Shown here in pieces: positions 1 through 5,812 of a stretch of DNA of 64,000 bases. Both the position numbers and the translations under genes were made by a program. Source of the stretch: Chloroflexota bacterium (GTDB taxonomy: Bacteria > Chloroflexota > Anaerolineae > DTLA01); assembly GCA_014874485.1 (NCBI GenBank), contig JADBJK010000059.1, positions 20,112-84,111 on the forward strand, written 5' to 3'. How positions within the stretch are numbered: the first letter of the stretch is position 1; the number at the start of each line of letters is the position of its first letter. The notes under the pieces were generated by a model. The model was not told the DNA's origin and searched no databases. It saw only the letters and a program-made list of their open reading frames with translations.

Positions 1-316
1 CGTACACCAGGGCCAGCGGGATGAAGATGCTCAGGATGTAGATGCCCCACGTCATCACGGAACTAAAGTGTGTAAACATGTAGAAGATACGCCAGGGTTC
101 CGTCCGCCCTGCGCCTAGGTCAAAGATGAGCAGCAGGCTCCCCAGCGCCACCAGTGGCCCGCTCACCGTCGCGCCCACCAGCGCCACCGGGCAGAACTTG
201 GCCCGATAGCGCCAACCGCTCAGTTCAAAGAAGGCCGCCATGAGAAAGGAACCGGCTCCAAGCCCGCCGAGGAACAGGTAAATGGCAATCAACCAACCCC
301 AGGCCGTCTGTCCCAT
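1..316 (-). CDS. NrfD/PsrC/DmsC-like integral membrane subunit, N-terminal part only (gene runs off the window start)
   Basis: Hand translation from ATG at 316 gives MGQTAWGWLIAIYLFLGGLGAGSFLMAAFFEL...TWGIYILSIFIPLALVY. It is hydrophobic with an NrfD-family-like start. It begins 5 nt after the stop of the FeS subunit gene. It is absent from the ORF track because it is open at the window edge. Confidence 0.6.
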   Translation of the reverse strand, partial: MGQTAWGWLIAIYLFLGGLGAGSFLMAAFFELSGWRYRAKFCPVALVGATVSGPLVALGSLLLIFDLGAGRTEPWRIFYMFTHFSSVMTWGIYILSIFIPLALVY

Positions 317-321
317 ACTCG

Positions 322-993
322 CTACCCCTCAATGATGTAATGCAGGACTGCCGGATGGGTGCCGAATTCGGGGTGCAGGGGCTTGGCCTTGCCCGATGCC
401 ACCAGTTGGGCAACCTCGCTCGTGGGGTCATCCAGCCGGCCGAAGATGCGCGCCCCCAGGACGCACGACTGCACGCACGCCGGATCCTTGCCCTCGCTCA
501 CCCAGTCCAGGCACAGCCAGCACTTGTCCACCACACCGCGCTCCTCGTCAAAGGTGCGGGCCTGGTACGGACAGGCCACCTCGCAGTACTTGCACCCGAC
601 GCACAGTTTCTCGTTGATGAGGACGACGCCGCTCTCGTGGTGGTACGTGGCCCGCGTGGGGCACACGCGCGCGCAGGGTGCATCGGCGCAGTGCTGGCAT
701 TGCACGGGCATGAACCACGGCTGCTTCGCGTCGCCCTTCTGCACGATGTGGACGTAACTCTTGCCCTCTGGCAGATGGTTGCGGATGTTGCAGGCGCGAA
801 CGCACGCACCGCAGCCCACGCACTTGGTGGTGTCAATGATGAGGGCGTAGCGGGCTTTCGGCTCGTCGGTGCGGGCCAGAGCGGCCTGCGCGCCATGGGC
901 CAGGCCGACCCCGACCCCGCCCGCGGCCGCCAGCGCGCCCGTGCCCAGCAGGTAACGGAGGAACGTCCTTCGGGAGACTTTGGTTTCTGACAT
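322..993 (-). CDS. Tat-exported 4Fe-4S ferredoxin-type subunit (NrfC/DmsB/PsrB/DsrO-like)
   Basis: ORF 322..1020. Preferred start is MSETKVSRRTFLRYLLGTGALAAAGG (twin-arginine signal) at 993, preceded by GAGGAG. Several CxxCxxCxxxCP cluster motifs are present (CVGCGACVRAC, CQHCADAPCARVCP, CVGCKYCEVACP). Confidence 0.85.
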   Translation of the reverse strand: MSETKVSRRTFLRYLLGTGALAAAGGVGVGLAHGAQAALARTDEPKARYALIIDTTKCVGCGACVRACNIRNHLPEGKSYVHIVQKGDAKQPWFMPVQCQHCADAPCARVCPTRATYHHESGVVLINEKLCVGCKYCEVACPYQARTFDEERGVVDKCWLCLDWVSEGKDPACVQSCVLGARIFGRLDDPTSEVAQLVASGKAKPLHPEFGTHPAVLHYIIEG

Positions 994-1025
994 CCGAGTT
1001 CTCCTCGCTATTGTGCGCAAGGTCT

Positions 1026-1049
1026 ATAGTTATAGTGAACTATAACTAT
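1026..1049. promoter_or_regulatory. Perfect 11-bp inverted repeat (ATAGTTATAGT-GA-ACTATAACTAT), candidate operator
   Basis: AT-rich palindrome in a GC-rich genome. It lies between the -10 box and the start codon of the FeS-subunit gene. It shares the 8-mer ACTATAAC and TATAAC hexamers with the site at 2726..2742. Confidence 0.55.
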
Positions 1050-1053
1050 GCAC

Positions 1054-1082
1054 ATTATAACACGGAACCTGCGCGTTGTCAA
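1054..1082 (-). promoter_or_regulatory. Sigma70-type promoter of the NrfC/NrfD-like operon
   Basis: On the minus strand: TTGACA (1082..1077), 17-bp spacer, TATAAT (1059..1054). Both hexamers match consensus and sit about 60 nt upstream of the start at 993. Confidence 0.6.
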
Positions 1083-1221
1083 GATATTAGGACAGATTTC
1101 ACAAAAACTCGCGGGACGGCGTACTGCTCACATCCCGCGAGGGTGTCGGTTGTCGTTGCTCCCCTCCCCTTCGCCTCGGGTCGGTATGGCATACCGTCAA
1201 AGGCCGCTGGGGCGCAGGACC

Positions 1222-1289
1222 GATGCTTTGCTTCGCTCGCAATGACAGATGACCCTGTCATTCTGAGCGGCGAAGCCGCGAAGAATCTC
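1222..1289. repeat. Hairpin short-repeat modules (family H1: ...cgctcgcaatgaca / gtcattctgagcggcgaagccgcgaagaatctc)
   Basis: The same modules recur at more than 12 other intergenic sites in the window (for example 11.2-11.7 kb, 30.7 kb, 40.8-41.0 kb, 45.0-45.3 kb). Confidence 0.85.
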
Positions 1290-1349
1290 ATGGGCCGACT
1301 GGACGGCTTCGCGCACGATGACAACAGACGATCTTCCCTGTAGTCAAGC

Positions 1350-2261
1350 CTACTCCTTCGCTTGGGCCTCCTTGTTGCTCAGCGCGCTGAGGCCCGCGAT
1401 GGTCCCCGCATCGCGCATCTCGTCGTAGGGCACCACCACCAGCGAGCCGCGCTCCTTCACGCCCTCCATAATCATATTCAGCGTGCGCAGGCGGAAGGCC
1501 ATCGGGTGGTCTTCGTACTGGCGGGCCGCCTCCACGAAACTCTTGGCGATCTGCTGCTCGGCCTGGCCCAGGATGATGCGCGCCTGGCGTTCCCGCTCGG
1601 CCTGCGCCTGCCGCGACATGGCGTCCTCCAGCGCCTCGGGAATCACCACGTCCCGAATCTCCACCGACTCCACGGTGATGCCCCAGGGCGTCGTGCGGTG
1701 GTCTATGATCTGCTGGAGTTCGGCGTCTATCTTCTCGCGCCCCACAAGGATGTCCGCCAAATCCATCTTGCCGATGATGTCGCGGAGCGCCGTCTGCGCC
1801 GCCCAGGCGATGGCCATGCGGTAGTTCTTCACCTCCAGGGCCGCCTTGGTCGCGTCCCACACCACCCAGAACAGGACGGCGTCCACGTTCACGGGGACGG
1901 TGTCGCGGGTGAGCGTTTTCTCGGCGCCGAAGGGCGTTACCATCATGCGGTGATCCACCCAGGCGGCGATGCGATCCACCAGCGGGATGATCCAGAAGTG
2001 GCCCGGCCCGGCAACGCGGTGGAACTTGCCCAGCCGCAAGATCACCGCCCGCTCCCAGTGTTGCGCCACCTTGAACCCGAAGAGCAGGCCCACCGCCGCG
2101 ATGTACAGGGGAATCCCCCAGCGCCAGTCCCCGGCCAGCATCCCCACCGCAAGCCCTGCGCCTGTGGCCACCGCTGCCATGACCAGCGAAATCGCGTTGA
2201 ACGCCTTGAACTGGAAACTGGCCCCTTCCATGAACCGCCCGCGAATGATCTCTTCTTCCAT
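1350..2261 (-). CDS. SPFH/band-7 (stomatin/prohibitin-like) membrane protein
   Basis: 303-aa ORF with an N-terminal TM segment followed by a typical SPFH core (ERAVILRLGKFHRVAGPGHFWIIPLVDRI...TRDTVPVNVDAVLFWVV...ALRDIIG) and a QAEAERERQARI coiled-coil tail. A GGAGGAA RBS is present. Confidence 0.85.
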   Translation of the reverse strand: MEEEIIRGRFMEGASFQFKAFNAISLVMAAVATGAGLAVGMLAGDWRWGIPLYIAAVGLLFGFKVAQHWERAVILRLGKFHRVAGPGHFWIIPLVDRIAAWVDHRMMVTPFGAEKTLTRDTVPVNVDAVLFWVVWDATKAALEVKNYRMAIAWAAQTALRDIIGKMDLADILVGREKIDAELQQIIDHRTTPWGITVESVEIRDVVIPEALEDAMSRQAQAERERQARIILGQAEQQIAKSFVEAARQYEDHPMAFRLRTLNMIMEGVKERGSLVVVPYDEMRDAGTIAGLSALSNKEAQAKE

Positions 2262-2267
2262 CGTGCG

Positions 2268-2693
2268 CTATTCCTCCCATCCATCTGTGGCCGACTGTTG
2301 GACCGTGGTTCGCCATCGCTCCATGTGCTGTTCAACCGCCTGTCGCACTTCCTCCGCATCGTACCCCAGATTCAACGCCTCCACAAACAGGCCCTCCACC
2401 AGGCTCTGCAGTTTGAGCGCGCGGACGTCCTGCAACTGGGCGTTGCCGCTCTGCTCGGACACGAAGGTGCCGCGCCCCCGCTGGATGGTCAGCAGGCCCT
2501 CTTTCTCCAACTCGGCGTAGGCGTGGGCCACCGTGTGCAGGTTGACCGTGAGGCTGACGGCCAGTTCGCGGATGGTGGGCAACTGCTGCCCAGGCTGGAG
2601 CGCGCCAGACGCGATGAGGTGCTTGATCTGGCTCATGATCTGGACGAAAATCGGTATGCTGCTTTTCGGGTCAATCCGAATGGAGAAGTCCAT
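2268..2693 (-). CDS. GntR-family transcriptional regulator, short YtrA-like type
   Basis: Winged-HTH signature IPIFVQIMSQIKHLIASGALQPGQQLPTIRELAVSLTVNLHTVAHAYAELEKEGLLTIQRGRGTFV. The short C-terminal region (about 141 aa total) fits the YtrA subfamily. Start MDFSIRI at 2693. Lies 6 nt upstream of the SPFH gene. Confidence 0.85.
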   Translation of the reverse strand: MDFSIRIDPKSSIPIFVQIMSQIKHLIASGALQPGQQLPTIRELAVSLTVNLHTVAHAYAELEKEGLLTIQRGRGTFVSEQSGNAQLQDVRALKLQSLVEGLFVEALNLGYDAEEVRQAVEQHMERWRTTVQQSATDGWEE

Positions 2694-2725
2694 CGTACCC
2701 CCGTAGCCGCTCCTCATGCCATTTT

Positions 2726-2742
2726 ACTATAACTCTATAACA
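2726..2742. promoter_or_regulatory. Direct repeat ACTATAAC-T-CTATAACA, candidate GntR autoregulatory operator
   Basis: About 35-50 nt upstream of the GntR start, overlapping a possible -10. A TTGACA box lies at 2760..2755 on the minus strand. It shares ACTATAAC with the palindrome at 1026..1049. Confidence 0.45.
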
Positions 2743-2777
2743 ATCCCATCGCCTTGTCAAGGCCGGTTCCGTTCCAG

Positions 2778-3041
2778 GGTGCATTTCCGTTTTGGGGCGA
2801 GAATGACCGAATGTCGTTAGGTCGTCGCGCAGAATCTACCTCACCTATCCCCACCCCGGCCCTCCCCTTTCCTCTCCGCGGGCGGAGAGGAAAGGGGAGG
2901 GTGTGGGAGGGGTTAGGTGAGGTCAAGCAGCCCCTTCGCTGTACGTCGGGCGGTGAAAGTGGATTTCGTCGGGGGGAGCGGCTCACCGCCCTGCTCCGAC
3001 GTGCCCATTGCAGCAGGCTTGCCCCCAAACTGAAAAGCACC
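2778..3041. mobile_element. MITE-like element, copy a (264 bp)
   Basis: Terminal inverted repeats GGTGCATTTCCGTTTTGGGGC ... GCCCCCAAACTGAAAAGCACC. Flanked by CCGTTCCA on both sides (8-bp TSD). The central long imperfect hairpin is CCTCACCTATCCCCACCCCGGCCCTCCCCTTTCCTCTCCGC-GG-GCGGAGAGGAAAGGGGAGGGTGTGGGAGGGGTTAGGTGAGG. No coding capacity. Confidence 0.8.
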
Positions 3042-3099
3042 CGCCGTTCCATCGTGGGTTGGCGAGTGGGTACATGCGGCCCGCACAATCCGTTGTCCT

Positions 3100-3147
3100 G
3101 CTGAGCGAAGCATCTCGCTCGCCGTGATCCTTCGCCGCTCACAATGA
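3100..3147. repeat. Hairpin short-repeat module (family H1 variant)
   Basis: ctgagcgaagcatctcgctcgccgtgatccttcgccgctcacaatgac resembles the H1 modules found elsewhere. Confidence 0.6.
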
Positions 3148-3247
3148 CGCGAGCGCGGTGGCCAGCCCTTCGCGCGGGGTCGCGGTTCCCCCTCCATGCC
3201 AACAGGGCCCCCCAACAGGCTTGGGAACGTGGCGCGCGGTGCGCTAT

Positions 3248-3277
3248 TTGTCAGCAGGTCGCTTCGCCCCTTATAAT
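3248..3277 (+). promoter_or_regulatory. Candidate promoter for the lipoprotein protease gene
   Basis: TTGTCA (3248..3253), 18-bp spacer, TATAAT (3272..3277). Leaves a leader of about 160 nt before the ATG at 3442. Confidence 0.4.
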
Positions 3278-3441
3278 AGCACCGATTGGGCTCATTGGAT
3301 TCACCGCGGGGCGAGACGATGCCGCAGGCGTCCGCCTCATGCCGTCTCTGCGACAACTGCGCCCTCGGCGGTGAAAGCCGTCTTTCAAGCGGAGCCCTGC
3401 CGTGGGTTCCGCGCCGTTTGTTCTGCAAAGGCGGTGTGAAG

Positions 3442-5763
3442 ATGAACAACAGAATGCTAGCAGCGGTCGGTCTTCTCCTGGTACTGTCGCTGATGCTTTC
3501 ATCGTGCGCTCTGTTCCGCACTCCTGCGCCGTCGCCCACGCCGACGCCCTCGCCCACGGTAACGGCGTCGGCCACACCTGTCCCGTCCTTCGGGCCGTTG
3601 GCCTTCACCGACGAACCGCCCATGCCCGGCCGACTCATCGCCACAAAGCAGTCGTTCCCGCCCGGAACGCAGCGGGTCTTCGCCGTCTGGGCCTACCAGG
3701 ACATGGCGGAGGGAACGCCCTACGCCCTGCGCTGGTACTGGAACAATGCCCTGTGGCGCGAGGAGTCGTTCACGTGGGACGCGGCCCGCGACGGCGCAGC
3801 CGGCACCACCAAGTACGTCGTGCTGGAGGACGTCAACGGCCTCATCAGCGGCGACTATCGGCTGGAACTCATCCTGGGCGGGCAAACGGTGCAATTCGCC
3901 ACCTTCCGCATTGAGTCGCCGCCGATTCCCACGCCGACGTATACCCCGACGGTTACCCCCACGCGGACCGCGCGGCCCACGCTCGCACCGCCCCCGACGC
4001 CGTCGGAGGAGGAGCAGGCCCGCACTGCGCGCGTTGCCCTGGTCAAACTCTGGGTGCCCAACGACGACGGGCACATCGTCGCGTCGGCGTCCGGTTCGCT
4101 GGTGGATAGTCGGGGGCTTATCCTCACCAACTGGCACGTCCTGTGGGAGAAGAAAGAGAACACCATCGTGGCGCGGAACACGGCAGGCGAGGTGTACGTG
4201 GGCCTGTTCCGCTCGGCGACATCGCCCGCCGTGATGGAGTACGTGGCCCAGTATCTCACGTACGACGCAACCCTGGACCTGGCCGTGTTTCACATCGTGC
4301 GCCGCTATCAGGGGAGCACCGGCCCGTTCCCGCCGTTCCCCACGGTGCGAATAGGCGATTCGGACACGGTGGATGCGCCTGACCGCCTGTTCCTACTAGG
4401 CTTCCCTGGCATCGCGGAGGGCCATCCCGTCATAACGGAAGGCGTTGTTTCGGGTAGGGTACGCGATGAGACTGGCGAGTGGATCATCACCGATACGGAG
4501 ATGGGGCCAGGCAACAGCGGCGGCATGGCGGTGAACCGGCAGGGAGAGTTGATCGGCGTTCCCAGCCAAATCTGGTACAGCGTCGGCCTGCCCGCCAAGA
4601 TGGGCTACATCCGCCCCATCAACCTGGCGAAGCCGCTGATTGAGGAAGCGCGACTCCGCCTGCGCCAGCCGGAGCCCACGCCGCCGCCACCACCACCGTC
4701 GGGGCTGGTCGTGGGAGGCCGCGCCTACGTTACCGCACCGGACGGCCTGAACGTCCGCACCGGGCCCGGCCTGGGCTACGCCGTGCTGTGGAAAGCGCCC
4801 TATGGCACGCAGGTTACGCTGCTGGCCGGCCCGCAGTGGGCCAATGCCATCCCGTGGTACCAGGTCACCGTGGACGAAATCGGGCTGACAGGCTGGTGCA
4901 GCGGCAACTATCTGCAACCCATCCCGTCGGGCGAACCCGCCACCGAGGCGCTCATCGCCTTCGCTTCCAACCGCACGGGCAACTACGACATCTACGTCAT
5001 GCGGCCCGACGGCTCCGCCGTGCAGAACCTGACCCAGCATCTGGCGAAGGACAGCGACCCCAGTTGGTCGCCCGACCGCCGGTGGATTGCCTTCTCGTCG
5101 GACCGGGGCGGCGATGCCGACATCTACCTGCTCAACCTGGGCAGCGGCACGAATCCGCCGCAGGTCATCCCTGCCATCCAGGGCGAGGGCGACCAGATTC
5201 ACCCCGCCTGGTCGCGGGACGGCCAGCGCCTGGCCTACGTGTCCGATGAGGACGGCGACTGGGAAATTTACGTCAGCCGGATTGACGGCAGCGGAAAGCG
5301 GCAACTGACCTACAACGCGGCCTGGGACAGTTACCCGACGTGGTCGCCCGATGGCCGCCAGATCATCTTCACGTCGGGGCGCGACGGCAACCTTGAACTG
5401 TACGCGGTGGACGTGGAGACGGGCGCGGAGCGGCGACGCACGAACAACCCCGCGTCGGATGCCTTCCCGGCCTACTCGCCCGACGGCTCGCGCATCGTGT
5501 TCGTGTCGGCGCGGACGGGCCTGCTGGAACTGTACGCCGCCGACCCGCGCAACGTGGAGGGCACGCTGGTACGGCTGACCGACAGCCGCGCCGCGCCCCA
5601 GTACAACCGCTACCCCGACTGGTCGCCCGACGGCCGTTGGATCGTGTTCACGTCGTGGCGGGATGGCCAGGGCGAGATTTACCGCATCTCGGCGGCGGGC
5701 GGGGCGCTGACGCGGCTGACGAATTCGCCCGGAGAGGATGAACAAGTCGCATGGAACCGATAG
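3442..5763 (+). CDS. Multidomain lipoprotein: trypsin-like (S1) serine protease + SH3b-like domain + TolB-type PD40 beta-propeller
   Basis: ORF 3286..5763. Start chosen at MNNRMLAAVGLLLVLSLMLSSC (lipobox) at 3442. Pro/Thr-rich linkers are present. Protease core includes ILTNWHV, DLAVF and the catalytic-Ser motif GPGNSGGMAV. An SH3b-like stretch reads YVTAPDGLNVRTGPG...WYQVTV..GWCSGNYL. Then come at least 6 PD40 repeats (SWSPDRRWIAFSSDRGGDADIY, AWSRDGQRLAYVSDEDGDWEIY, etc.). Confidence 0.8.
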   Translation: MNNRMLAAVGLLLVLSLMLSSCALFRTPAPSPTPTPSPTVTASATPVPSFGPLAFTDEPPMPGRLIATKQSFPPGTQRVFAVWAYQDMAEGTPYALRWYWNNALWREESFTWDAARDGAAGTTKYVVLEDVNGLISGDYRLELILGGQTVQFATFRIESPPIPTPTYTPTVTPTRTARPTLAPPPTPSEEEQARTARVALVKLWVPNDDGHIVASASGSLVDSRGLILTNWHVLWEKKENTIVARNTAGEVYVGLFRSATSPAVMEYVAQYLTYDATLDLAVFHIVRRYQGSTGPFPPFPTVRIGDSDTVDAPDRLFLLGFPGIAEGHPVITEGVVSGRVRDETGEWIITDTEMGPGNSGGMAVNRQGELIGVPSQIWYSVGLPAKMGYIRPINLAKPLIEEARLRLRQPEPTPPPPPPSGLVVGGRAYVTAPDGLNVRTGPGLGYAVLWKAPYGTQVTLLAGPQWANAIPWYQVTVDEIGLTGWCSGNYLQPIPSGEPATEALIAFASNRTGNYDIYVMRPDGSAVQNLTQHLAKDSDPSWSPDRRWIAFSSDRGGDADIYLLNLGSGTNPPQVIPAIQGEGDQIHPAWSRDGQRLAYVSDEDGDWEIYVSRIDGSGKRQLTYNAAWDSYPTWSPDGRQIIFTSGRDGNLELYAVDVETGAERRRTNNPASDAFPAYSPDGSRIVFVSARTGLLELYAADPRNVEGTLVRLTDSRAAPQYNRYPDWSPDGRWIVFTSWRDGQGEIYRISAAGGALTRLTNSPGEDEQVAWNR

Positions 5764-5812
5764 CGTCTCCGGGGCTTGCCTCACTCCAGGTTGCTGAAGA
5801 TGAGGAGGAACC

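Noticed and set aside
322-1020. Upstream start MRTIARRTRM for the FeS subunit
   Set aside because: The GAGGAG RBS sits directly before the second ATG (993). That start yields a canonical twin-arginine signal peptide.
3278-3441. Possible riboswitch (thought of the c-di-AMP/ydaO class) in the ~160-nt leader of the protease gene
   Set aside because: I could not identify the conserved core motifs or a convincing expression platform by eye. It is left as a long leader only, and an Rfam scan would be needed.
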